Shown here piece after piece: positions 50,510-63,170 of a stretch of 64,000 nt of DNA. The position numbers and the translations under genes were made by a program. Below the pieces are notes generated by a model. That model did no database searches. It was given only the letters and a program-made list of their open reading frames with translations, and was not told where the DNA came from. Source of the DNA: the human T2T-CHM13v2.0 reference genome, Homo sapiens; assembly GCF_009914755.1 (NCBI RefSeq), contig NC_060947.1; one strand, 5' to 3'. Positions within the stretch are counted from its first letter, which is position 1, and each line of letters begins with the position of its first letter.

Positions 50510-53500
50510 TTTTTTTAATTTTAAGTCTTTTTTTTTGTGAGTACATAGTAGGTGTATATTTTTATGGGATACATGAGATGTTGTAATACTGGCATGCAAT
50601 GTGAAATAAGCATATTATGAAGAATGCCATATCCATCCTCTCAAGCATTTATCCATTGAGTTATGAACAATGGAATTATACCCTTTAAGTTGTTTTAAAA
50701 TATACAATTAAGTTATTATTGACTATATTCACCCTGTTGTGCTATCAAACAGTAGGTCTTGTTTATTCTTTCTCACTGTTTTTTGTACCCATTAACCATC
50801 CCCATCACCCCACTCAGCTTCTCACTACCCTTTCTAGCCTCTGGTAACAATCCTTCTGCTCTCTATGTCCATGAGTTAAATTATTTTGATTTTTAGATCA
50901 CAGAAATAAGTGAGAACATACTATGTTGGTCTTTCTGTGCCTGGCTTATTTCACTCAACGTAATGATCTTTGGTTCCATCCATTTTGTTGAAAATAAGTG
51001 GATCTCACTCTTTTAAATGACTGAATAGTACTTCATTGTGTATATGTACCACATTTTCTTCATCCATTCATCTGTTAATGGACACTTAGGTTGCTTCCAA
51101 ATATTAGCTATTATAAATGACGTTGCAATAAACAAAGAAGGGCAGATATATCTTCAATATGTTGATTTCCTTTCTTTTGCATATATACCCAGAAGTGAGA
51201 TTGCTGACTTGTGTGGTAGGTAAATATTTTGTTTTTTTGAGGAACCTCCAAACTGTTCTCCATAGTGCTTATGCTAATTTACATTCCCACCAAAAATATA
51301 CAAGTGTTCCCTGTTGTCCACATCCTTGCCAGCATTTGTTATTGCCTGTCTTTTGGATATAAGCTATTTTAACTGGAGTGAGATAATAGCTCATTGTCTT
51401 TTTGATTTATGTTTCCCTGATGATCGATGATGTTCAGTATCTTTTTACATGCCTGTTTGTTATCTGTATTACTTCTTTTGTAAAATATCTATTCAGATCT
51501 TTTGCCCATTTTTTGATCAAATTATTAGATTTCTTTCTATAAAGTTCTTTGAACTCCTTATGTATTCCGATTGTTAATCCCTTTTCAGATGGGTAGTTTG
51601 CAAATATTTTCTTCAATTTTGTGGGATGTCTCTTCACTTTGTTGATTGTTTTCTTTGTTATACAGAAGCTTGTTAACTTGATGTGATCCCATTTGTCCAT
51701 TTTTGCTTTGGCTGCCTGTGTTTATGGGGTATTGCTCGAAAAATTTTGTCCAGACCAATATCCTGAAGATTTCCTCCAATGTTTTCTTATAGCAGTTTTG
51801 TAGTTTGAGGTCTTGGATTTAAGTTTTTACTCCATTTCGATTCCATTTTTATATATGGTGAGAGGGGAGTAGCTTTATTCTTCCGCATAAGAAATATCCA
51901 GTATTCCCAGCACCATTTCTTGAAGAGACAGTCTTTCCCAGTGTATGTTCTTGGCACATTTGTCAAAAATGAGTTCACTGTGGGTATGTAGATTTGTTTC
52001 TGGGTTCTCTATTCTATTCTATTTAGGTGTCTTTTTTTTTTTTTCCCAGTATCATGTTGTTTTGTTTACCATAGCTCTGTAGTACAATTTGAAGTCAGGT
52101 AATGTGATTCTTTCAGTTCGGTTCTTTTTGTTTAGGATAGCTTTGGCTATTCTACGTCTTTTGTGGTTTCATATAAACGTTAGAATTTTTTTTCCTATTT
52201 CTGTCTAGGATGTCATCGGTATTTCAATAGAGATTACATTGAATCTGTAGATTGCTTTGGGTAGTATGACAATTTTAAGAATATTGATTTTTTTTTCAAT
52301 TTATGAACATGGAATAGTTTTCCATTTTTGGTGTCCTCTTGAATTTCTTTCATCAGCATTTTATAGTTTTTATTATAAAAATCTTCTAGTTATTTGGTTA
52401 ATTCCTAGATATGTAATTTTATTTGTGGCTATTATAAGTGGAGTTTAAAAAATTTGTTTTTCAGATTAATCCCTGTAGGCATATAGATATATTACTGTTT
52501 TTGTATGCTGATTTTTTATTCTGAAACTTTATTGAATCTGTTTATCAGTTCTAATAGTTTTTTGTGGAATATTTAGGTTTTTCTAAATATAAAATTTTAT
52601 TATCTGCAAATGAGGATAATTTGACTTTTTAAATTCCAATTTGGATGTCTTTTATTTCTTTCTCGTGTCTGATTTCTCTAGCTAGGATTTCCAGTACTAT
52701 GTTAAAGAGCAGGAGTGAAAGTGGGTGTCCATGTCATGTTCCCAATCTTAGAGGAAAGGCTTTCAGCTTTCTCCCATTCAGTATCATACTAGCTATGGAA
52801 CTGTCACATATGGCTTTTATTATGTTGAGGTATGTTTCATGTTATTTAATCTATCATTCTGTTGATATGATGTATCACATTGGTTAATTTGCATATTTTG
52901 AACCATCCTTGCATCTCAGGGATGAATCCCATTTGGTCATGATGAATGATATTTTTTATGTACTGTTGAATTTGGTTTGCTAGTATTTTTTTTATTTTAT
53001 TTCTTACTATTATACTTTAAGTTTTAGGGTACATGTGCACAATGTGCGGGTTAGTTACATATGTATACATGTGCAATGCTGGTTTGCTGCACCCATTAAC
53101 TTGTCATTTAGCATTAGGTATATCTCCTAATGCTATCCCTCCCCCCTCCCCCTACCCCACAGCAGTCCCCAGAGTGTGATGTTCCCCTTCCTGTGTCCAT
53201 GTGTTCTCATTGTTCAATTCCCACCTATGAGTGAGAATATGCAGTGTTTGGTTTTTTGTTCTTGCAATAGTTTACTGAGAATGATGATTTCCAATTTCAT
53301 CCATGTCCCTACAAAGGACATGAACTCATCCTTTTTTATGGCTGCATAGTATTCCATGGTGTATATGTGCCACATTTTCTCAATCCAGTCTATCATTATT
53401 GGACATTTGGGTTGGTTCCAAGTCCTTGCTATTGTGAATAGTGCCACAATAAGCATACGTGTGCATGTGTCTTTATAGCAGCATGATTTATAGTCCTTTG

Positions 53501-56500
53501 GGATGGCTGGGTCAAATGGTATTTCTAGTTCTAGATCCCTGAGGAATCACCACACTGACTTCCACAATGGTTGAACTAGTTTACAGTCCCACCAACAGTG
53601 TAAAAGTGTTCCTATTTCTCCACATCCTCTCCAGCACCTGTTGTTTCCTGACTTTTTAATGATTGCCATTCTAACTGGTGTGAGATGGTATCTCATTGTG
53701 GTTTTGATTTGCATTTCTCTGATGGCCAGTGATGATGAACATTTTTTCATGTGTTTTTTGGCTGCATAAATGTCTTCTTTTGAGAAGTGTCTGTTCGTGT
53801 CCTTTGCCCACTTTTTGATGGGGTTGTTTGGTTTTTTCCTGTAAATTTGTTTGAGTTCATTGTAGATTCTGGATATTAGCCCTTTGTCAGGTGAGTAGGT
53901 TGTGAAAATTTTCTCCCATTCTGTAGGTTGCCTGTTCACTCTGATGGTAGTTTCTTTTGCTATGCAGAAGCTCTTTAGTTTAATTAGATCGCATTTGTCT
54001 ATTTTGGCTTTTGTTGCCATTGCTTTTGGTGTTTTAGACATGAAGTCCTTGCCCATGCCTATGTCCTGAATGGTAATGCCTAGGTTTTCTTCTAGGGTTT
54101 GGTTGGCTAATATTTTGTTGAGAATGTTTGCATCAATATTCAGCAGATACTCGTATGTAGTTTTCCTTTTTTCATGTGTCTTTGTTTCACTTTGGTATCA
54201 GGGTAATACCAGCCTCTTAGAATGAGTTTGGGAGTCCTCCCTCCTCCTTTATTTTTTATGAAAGTTTGAGTAGGATTGGGATTAATTCTTTTGATATGCT
54301 TGGTAGAGTTCAGGAGTGAAGCCATCAGCTCCCAGGCTCTCCTTTATGGAGAGACTTTTTATTATGACTTTGATCTCATTACTTGTTATTGGTCTGTTCA
54401 GGTTTTAAATTTCTCCCTGGTTCCATCCTGGTAGGTTGTATGTGTCTAGGAATTTGTCAAATTCATCTAGATTTTCTAAGTTATTGGCATTTAGTTCCGC
54501 ATAGTAGCTACTAATGTTCCTTTGAATTTCTGCCATATCAGTTGTAATGTATCCTTTTCATTTCTGATTTTATTTATTTGGATCTTCTCTTTTTTCTTAG
54601 TCTGGCTAAAAGTTTGTCAGTTTGGTTTAACTTTTTAAAAGCACAACTTTTTGTTGAATTGGTCCTTTGCATTTTTTAATATGAATTTTATGTATTACTG
54701 CTCTCTTTATTATTTCTTGTTTTAGAAGTAATTTGATTTTTTTTTGCTTTTCTAGTTCCCTAAGATGCATTATTAGATTGTTTACTGAAAGATTTTCCTC
54801 TTCTTTGATGTAGGCTTATAGCTATAAACTTCCCTCTGTGTACTGCTTTAGCTATATCCCATTGGTTTTGATATGTTGTGTTTCCATTATCATTTCTGTC
54901 AATAAATGTTTCACTTTTCTTTTTAATTTCTTCATTGACCCTCTGGTCATTCAGGAGCACATGGTTTAATTTCCATGTATTTGTATAATTTCCAAAATTC
55001 CTCTTCTTATTGTTTTCTAGTTTTATTCCATTGTGGTCGGAGAATATGCTTGATGTTATTTCAATTGTTTTTGTATGTTTTAAGAATTGTTTTGTGACCT
55101 AACATATGGTCTATTTTTGAAAATAATCTGTGTGCTGAGAAAAAGGATGTGTATTCTGCAGCCATTGGATGCTATGTTTTGTAAATATTTATTAGATCCA
55201 TTTGGTCCGTAGTGCAGATTAAGTCCAATGTTTCTTTGTTTATTTTCTGTTTGGAACATCTGTCCATTGCTGAATGTGGGGTGTTAAAGTCTCCAGCTAT
55301 TATTGTATTGGGGTCTGCCTCTGTCTTTAGCTCTAATATTTGCTTTATATATCTGGGTGCTCTGGTGTTGGGTGCATAGATATTTAAAGTTGTTATATCC
55401 TTTTGCTGAATGGACCACTTTATCATTATGTTGTTGTTGATAAGTAAGGACTTGGTTATGTCATTTTGTTATTTGTTTTCTAGTTGTTTTGTGGTCTTCT
55501 TTTCCTTCCTTCTTTCTTTCCTTCCTGCACTCCTTTATTGGTAATTTTTCTCTCATGACATGACTTAGTTTCTTTCTTTTTTGTGTATGTGCATCTGTTG
55601 TATGCTTTTTGGCTTGAGGTTACCGGGAGGCTTGAAAATATTATCTTATAACCCAATATTTTAAGTTGATATTTTAATACTGTTTGCATATAAAAACAAG
55701 CAAGAAGAAAACTAATAAAGACTTGAATCCTTAACTTTACCCCCCTACTTTTCAACATTTTGTTGGTTCTATTTATATCTTATTGTACTATCTGTGTCCC
55801 AAAAAGTTGTTGTAGTTATTATCTTTATTAATTCATGGTTTAGTATTTCTACTTAAGAGTAGTTTACAGACCACAGTTACGCTGTTATGATGTTTTGTGT
55901 TTTTCTGTTTATTTACCATTACCAGTAAGTTTTGTACCAGTAGGTGCTTACTTACTGCTCCTTAATGCCCCTTTCTTTCTGATTAAAGTAATCCCTTGAG
56001 AGTTTCTTATAAAACAGGTCTGGTATTGATGAAATCCCTCAGCTTTTGTTTGTCTGGGAAAGCCTTTATTTGTCCTGCACGTTTGAAGGATATTTTTGCC
56101 AGATCTACTATTCTAAGGTAAAAGTTTTTTCAATCAGCACTTTAAACATGTCATGGCCCTATCTCCTAGCCTGTAAGGTTTCCACTGAAAAGTCTGCTGT
56201 TCAGTGTATTGGAGCTCCATGGTATGCTGTTTGTTTCTCTTCTCTTGCAGCTTTTAGGATTTTATTCTTGACCTTTGAGATTTTGATGACTAAATGCCTT
56301 GAAGTAGTCTTCATTGTATTCAATCTGCTTGGTGTTCTATAACCATCTAGTGTTTGTATATTGATATTTTTATCTAGGTTTGGGAATTTCTCTCCTATTA
56401 CTTTCTGAATAAACTTTTTATCTCTATCTGTTTCTCTACATACTTTTTTAGTCCGATAACTCTTAGATTTGCCCCTTTGAAGCTATTTGCTAGATCCTGT

Positions 56501-58445
56501 AGGGGTGCATCATTGTTTTTTATTCTTTTTTTTTTGTCTCCTCTTACTGTGTATTTTCAAATAGCCTTTTGTTGAGCTCACTAATTGTTTCTTCTGCCTT
56601 ATCAATTCTGCTGTTAAAGGACTCTGACACATTCTTCAGTATGCCAATTGCATCTTTCAGCTCCAGAATTTCTGCTTGATTCTTTTTAATTATTTCAATC
56701 TCTTTGTTAAATTTATCTGATAAAATTCCTGTGTTATCTTGAATTTCTTAGTTTCCTCATTGCAGCTGTTTTGAATTCTCTGTGAATTCAGGCCTGAGAC
56801 AGACCTGAAGCCAGCACAGTCCTGGGTCTTGCCCAAGGCCCACTGTAATCACTCACTGGCAACTGCCTGTGTTCACTCTATCCCCTGGGGTTCCACAGCC
56901 ACCCATGGCAAAGCCAGTCTGGCCTGTGTTCTTCCTTTCAGGATGATAAGTTCCCTCAGGCCCTGAGTAGGTCAATAGGTGCCATCCATGAGTGAGGGAG
57001 TAGAGTCAAACACCTTAGAAGTATATCTGGTGTTTTACTGTGGCTTAGCTGGCACTAAAACCACAAGATGCAGACCTTTCCACTTTTCCCTCCCCTTTCC
57101 AAAGAGAGATGACCCTCACCCTGTAGCTACTGCAACCCCAGGCCAAGAAGAGTACTGCCAGATTATCTCAGATGTTCCCTTAAGGCCTAAGGGCTCTTAA
57201 GTCAGTTTGTGGTGAATGCTGCCTTGCCTGAGACTCACCATTCAAGGAAGTGGGCTCCCCTCTGGCCAAGGGCAGGTATAGAAATGCCATTCAGGAGTCA
57301 AGTCCTTGAATCAGGGATCCCAAGAGCCCACTTGTTGTTCTACCAATCTGTGTCTGTGCTGGTACCTAAGGTGCAAGACAAAGTCCCCTTTACATTTTCC
57401 TCTGCTTTTCCCAAGCAGAAGGAGTTTTAACCCATAGCCACCACAGCTGGTAATGTGCTGAGTCTCACTTGAAGCCAGCAAGTCACAGAAGCTCAACCAA
57501 AGCCCTTGATGTAGTAACTGAATATCACTGCTCTTTATTCAGTATGGGAGAGTTCTTCATTTAGTAGATGATAAGTACTGCCAGAACCAGGTCCTTCCCT
57601 TCAAGTCAGTGTGTTCTTTTCTGGCCCAAGGCATGTCTAGAAATGTTTTCCAGGAACAAGGGCCTGGAACAGAGGCCTCGTGACTCTGACCAGTAACTTA
57701 TCTTGCTGTGGCTGATCTGATCTGGTATCCAAAACATAAGACAAAGATCTGTTCATTTTCCCCTCTCCTCTACTCAAGCAGAAGGAAGAGGTTTCTTTTG
57801 GAGCCATGAGCTGTGCAGCCTGGATTTAAGGGAGGGGTGATGCCAGCACTCCCTTGGCTGCCCCAGCTGGTGCCTCAGTATGTTGTATGCCCCTTCAGTC
57901 CACTTTCTCTGGTACTAATTCAGTACTAGGACTCACCTAAGATTTGCTGTCCTTATCGCCTAGGCTGCCTTTTAAATTTACTTGGAGACACAGAGCACTG
58001 TAGCCCTCAGTGGCGAGGTTTACCAGAACTCATGTTTAGACCTCTGGGATTGGAGAGTCCCCTCTGGCTAGGGATTCTTTAAATGCCCTCCGTGGGTGGG
58101 CATCAACTGAGTTTGGTCTGGTTTTCCTTTCTGTTCTAACAGGATAACATTGAGTTCAGTGCCTCACAATTTCTGTGTTCTCCCTACCCCAGCACCCAGA
58201 AAAGCTCTCTGCACCAGGCTGCCACTGTCAGGGATGGAGAAGGGATGGCGTTAGTAATTCAGAACTGTTTTTTCTATCTCTTCAATGTCTCTTTCAGTGA
58301 TATAAAGTTAAAACCAGGTACTATGCATGCTTAGCTAATTTTTGATTCTTATGAAGGTGTTTTTTTTTCTGTGCAGACAGTTGTTAAATTTGTGTCTTTG
58401 GGGGAGGGACGATTGATGGAGCCTTCTATTCCACTGTCTTGCTCT
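50510..58445 (-). mobile_element. near full-length L1MA-type element, antisense, defective
   Basis: 3' UTR at 50510-50960, ORF2-like minus-strand ORFs (51434-51700, 54760-54960, 55172-55426), ORF1 at about 56000-56780, and 5' UTR to 58445. Degenerate flanking repeat cat(t/c)tgt(t/c)ttttt. Confidence 0.88.
52989..54100 (-). mobile_element. 5'-truncated young L1PA (about L1PA2-3), 1.1 kb, nested in the L1MA
   Basis: 'ttattatactttaagttttagggtacatgtgcac'. ORF 53547-54056 is the ORF2p C-terminus ([18 protein letters not shown]). Degenerate TSD tttggtttgctagtatttt / tttggttggctaatatttt. Confidence 0.93.
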
Positions 58446-58882
58446 TCATCTGTCTTTTTAAAATAAGCAAATACATAAGCTTTCCTAGAATTCCCAGCAC
58501 CCTTTCCCTTAGGTCTATTTGGCAAGACCTATATCATATAGTACTTCTAGCCACAAAGGAGCCTTAGAAAACAGGTATTAAGGTTTTTAGCCTCTATATA
58601 GTGAGAAAGAGTTAAGAATGAGTATGTATTCACCTTTGTATTAATCATAGTTGAAATTTTTCCATCCCAACTCTCTACATATATTTTCCCATATCTCTAT
58701 CTTTCACAGATACATAAAGTAGAAGCTGATGTTATGTTTCCTAAGCAGAAACTGATTCCAGAGGAGATACCTCACCCATGCTTTATTATTCATATTCATA
58801 CTGATAACTGACCTAAGGACCTGCTTGTTACATGCACATTATAACATCCAATTGACTGGAATGCCCAGAGTGTACTCAGGTG

Positions 58883-58913
<31 letters not shown>

Positions 58914-61172
58914 GGCTTGAATGCCTGGGTTTATATCCCAGTCATTGTCCCTCCCCCTGTGCTCTCAGGCAATAGATGATTGGCTATTTCTTTACCTCCT
59001 GTTTTTTCCTAATTAACATTTTAGTGAGCTCTCTTTACTACTTGGTTGGTCAGGTGTGAGCTAAGTTGCAAGCCCCATGTTTAAAGGTGAATGCGGTCAC
59101 CTTCCCAGCTAGGATATCCAGCTAGTCCTATCTCTCAGTACCCCCCTCAACAGGAAAACCCAACTGCTTTTGGGGAGATTGGCTGATGACCACTCTAACT
59201 GCTTCCTGCTGAACTGGGGTGTAGCAGGGGTCGTGCAGTTGAGATTTCCTGTGGAGGGGTGCCTTTGATGTCATCAACATCAGAGCATGGGCTAGCAGGC
59301 CAGTCCAGGGGTCTGCAGTAGATCTTAATCATGGACTGCAACTGAGGCTCCATTTAAAGAACAATTTGTAGTTTTACAGCTTCAATTCTGGAAGAGACAA
59401 AATTAACAAAGAGGTTAAAGATACAGGGATTGAAATGTATGGCCTGCAGTACAGGGGATTATTTCTTTGGCACACTTCACAGGCCCTGACTATGTGCTTG
59501 ATGGTTTTGAAAAGGCCTTGTCCAGTAAATAATGATTTGGCCATCTGATGGGTACTATCAATGCCTAAGGGAAAGGTTTGGTGAAGGGTTTTAAGTAATT
59601 TCCATTGGTTAGCTGTAGGCAAAAGTATTTTTCTTTCTTCAGTGGCTAGCCATCCTGAGGGGAGGAAACTGTGTCCTCAAGAGGTTCCCCATTCTATTTC
59701 TCCTGCTGAGTGCTGGGGCTTGGTTTCCTGGAGGGAATTACCCTATACTAGGGGTCCTTCTAGAAGCATTTCTAATGGAGGGTCCTGCCTTGCGGCTCTT
59801 TTGGCTTCAATATCCGCTTGGCTGTTCCCTTCTATTTCTTTTTCCTTTCCTTTCTGATGACCCCGGCAGTGTAAGACTGCCACCTCTTTAGGTTTCTGTA
59901 CAGCCAATAATAATCTCCTAATGGCTTCCTGATGTTTGATAGGTGTTCCCTTGGAAGTTAGGCATTCCCTTTCTCTCCATATTGCTGCGTGGGCATGGAG
60001 GACTAGGTAGACATACTTAGAGTCTGTATATATATTTACCCTTTTTCGTTCTCCTAATTCTAGTGCCTGAGTGAGGGCTATTAGTTCTGCCAGTTGAGTG
60101 CTAGTTCCTGGAGTGTGGGGATTACTTTCAAGGATTCCATTATCACTGACCACTGCATACCCCACTTTTTGAAGTCCTTTTTCTACAAAGGAACTTCCAT
60201 CAGTATACAAGTTGAGGTAGGGATCAGTCAAGGGAACCTCTAGAAGGTCCCCTCGAGCAGCGTAGGTTTGAGCAATCACCTGTTGACAGTTATGTTCTAT
60301 CTTTTCTTCATTGTCTGGAAGAAATGTGGCTGGGTTAAGAGTTGCACAAGTGTGCAGTCGCAGCAATGGCCCTTCAAGTAATAGAGCCTGATATTTAAGC
60401 AAATGGTTGTCTGACAGCCACAAGTCTCCTTTGGCAGTGAGTATGCTGTTTTACCTCATGAGATGTCCACACAGTAAAATCTCTTCCCTGTATTATTTTA
60501 ACTGCTTCAGATACTAAGACTGCTACTGCCACCACTACATGTAAATAATGAGGCCAACATTTTGCCACTACATCAATTTCCTTACTCAGGTATGCCATGG
60601 GTTTCAAGCTGGTCCGTCGGACCTGTGTAAGGACTCCTGGAGCTATTCCTGTTTTTGTGTGTGTGTGTGTGACATATAAAGAAAAGTCTTGCCCTGTTGG
60701 CAAGCTTAACAATGGGGCTTGGGTTAGGGCCTTCTTTAAGGCCTGGAAAGCTGCTTCTGCTTCAGGTGTCCATCTTACTAAATGGGCATTGGCTTTCTGA
60801 GTTTCCTTAATTAGTATATATAATGGCCTGGTTATTTTGCCGTACTTGGGAATCCATATTCGGCAGAAGCCTGTTATGCCAAGGAACCCTCTTAGTTGCT
60901 TTAGGATTTTGGGATGAGCATAAGCCAGAATAGATTGCATACGTTCCTCACTGAGGGTCCTAGTGCCTTTGGATAATTTTAACCCTAAGTATTTCACCTG
61001 CTGTGAGCAGAGCTGAGCCTTTGGTTTGGAAACCTTGTAGCCACAGGTGGCAAGGAAGTTTAAGAGCGCTTGGGTGGCTTGATGGCACAAGGTTTCTGAA
61101 CAGGCGGCTAAAAGTAAATTATCCACGTACCGAAGGATATGAGTGTCCAGGTATGAGAACTGGCTCAAGTCT
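58883..61172 (-). mobile_element. HERV-W (HERV17/LTR17) processed copy: 5'-truncated pol, env 3' end, U3, poly(A)
   Basis: T29 at 58883-58911, LTR17 U3 at 58912-59137 (TGAGAGATAGGACTAGCTGGA), env tail at 59195-59430 and pol at 59453-61172. TGTACTCAG is duplicated at 58871 and 61173. No 5' LTR and no U5. Confidence 0.93.
59453..61172 (-). pseudogene. HERV-W pol remnant (RT C-terminal half, RNase H, integrase N-terminus)
   Basis: ORFs 60395-61168 (YVDN in place of YVDD, QLRGFLGITGFCRIWIP), 59743-60423 (YTDGSS, AELIAL, YTDSKY) and 59374-59622 (H..FPLG...CEVCQ), broken by frameshifts and stops. Confidence 0.92.
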
Positions 61173-61404
61173 TGTACTCAGTTTTTGTTACCTCCCCACC
61201 TCCACCCGATTAATGATAGGCCAAAGGCTTTCCTGTTGCTAAGTGTATTAGGTATGCAGTATTATAAGTACTTTCAGGCACTTAGTGTTATTACTAGCAA
61301 GTCAGCTTCACCATTTTTTTTTGGAAGGCCACTGCCTTTTGGTCTTAGTTTTGAGACTTGAGCCAGTATCAAATTCTAGGAAATACTGGTGACTAGACAG
61401 TATA

Positions 61405-61711
61405 TTTTATTTTTTATTTATGTTTATTCATTTACTTATTTATTTATGAGACAGGTTCTCCCTCTGTCACCCAAGCTGGAGTTCAGTGGCACAATCACAG
61501 CTAACAGCAGACTCAAATTTTGGGGCTCAGGTCATTCTATCACTTTAGCCTCCTGAATAGCTGGGACTACAGGTGCGCACCACCATGCCTGGCTAACAAC
61601 AGGGTTTTGCCATGTTTCCTAGGCTGTTTTCAAACTCCTGGGCTCAAGTGATCCACCAACTTTGGCCCCCCAAAATGCTGGAATTACAGGCATGAGCCAC
61701 CATGCCTGGCC
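61405..61711 (-). mobile_element. AluJ, antisense, with deleted linker
   Basis: (TTTA)n tail then 'gagacagg...ctgtcacccaagctggag...catgagccaccatgcctggcc'. Confidence 0.9.
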
Positions 61712-61829
61712 TAGGTTTTTATTTTTTCTTTACTGTGGAGAAACTAGAGGAGATGTAGGTTATAGAGTGAGCAGCAGAACATATGGTAGAGGATAGAAAA
61801 TATTTTTTTCCAATGAACTCTAAGATTTC

Positions 61830-63170
61830 TATATGCAACTCTCTATTTGATATCTTTATTTAAATTTCTAATAGATATCTCAAACTCAACAGGACCAGAA
61901 CATGTGTTCCTCTATCAGTATTACCCATCTCAGTGAAGTCTCCATCGTGCACTCAGTTTCTTAGACGAGCAACCTCGGGGCCATTCTGGCATTTAATCGG
62001 CCATTCTTACTTAAAGTTGGTCATTTCTGAAGCATACCTATATTCAGAGACTTCTCTGAATCTCTGCCACTGCTGCAATTATTTCTCATTTGGACTACTG
62101 CAATAAATCTATCTTGCCTTTTGTTTCTGTTTTTGTCACCATTTCACAGTAGCAAAAAGTCATCTTAAACTTTTCATAAGGTTATATTATCTTACTGCTT
62201 AAGATGCTCCAGTGACTTTCCACTGAGTTTGTTCTCATGGCCTACATTACCCTGTATGACCTGATATATGTCAATCTCTCCAACTTTATCTCCTACCTCT
62301 CCTCCCTTCACTCTTCTTAAGTCTCATTGGTCTTTTTATTCCTCTAACATACCAAGATCATGACATCCTTTTTCTTGCATTATTTGCTCCTTTTTTTCTG
62401 GAATGGTCTTCACTCAATATTCACATGGCTTTTTCTGAACACTTCAGATATCAGCTCAAAAATCACCTTCATGTAGGAACCTTCTTTGACCTTCTATCTG
62501 TAATAGTCTTCTGGGACTGAAAATAACAAAATGCCACATATTGGGTGATATGCAGAACAGAAATTTATTTCTCACAGATCTGGAGGCTGGGAAGCTGAAG
62601 ACCAAGGTGCCAGCATGGTTGGCTTTTGGTGAAGGTCCTATACTAGTTTGTAGATGGATGGATGCTTTCTTGCCATGTGTTTACATTACCTTTCCTCTGA
62701 GTTCACACAAAGAAAGAACAAGAGCAAGTTCTCTTATGTCTCTTGTTACAAGGACTTTTACTCCATTGTACTAAGATTTTTCTCTGATGACTTAATCTAA
62801 CCTTAATTACATCCCAAATGTCCTATTTTCAAGTACCATCAAATTGCAGGTTAGGGCTTAAACGCATGAATTTTTTGGGGGACATGAACATTCAGTCCAT
62901 AGCATTATCCAAAGTAGCTCTTGGACCACCAGCCCACTCCTTATCACGTTTACCATATGTCATATTATTTATAGCATTTTGCATCACTTCTGATAGAATC
63001 CTGTTACTATATTTGTTTACTTGTTTATTGTCTGTTTCCCTCCACTAGAATGTAAGTTCTGTTAGCACAGGGTCAATGTCTCTTCTTTTTGGTCATTGAT
63101 ATATCCCTAGTGCTGAGAATTGTGCCAAGAACGTGATATGGGCTTAATAAATATTTGTTGAATTAATTAA
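61830..63170 (+). mobile_element. L2 3' portion, interrupted by an MLT1 LTR
   Basis: 'tctaatagatatctcaaactcaaca' and 'ccactagaatgtaagttc...aataaatatttgttgaattaatt'. Confidence 0.8.
62499..62904 (-). mobile_element. MLT1A/B-type solo LTR
   Basis: TG...CA ends and 'aaatttatttctcacag...ctggaggctgggaag...aaggtgccagca', with TSD ctatc/ttatc. Confidence 0.8.

Noticed and set aside
59195-59430. Functional syncytin-like env
   Set aside because: Only the C-terminal tail remains, with an in-frame stop and no SU domain or signal peptide.
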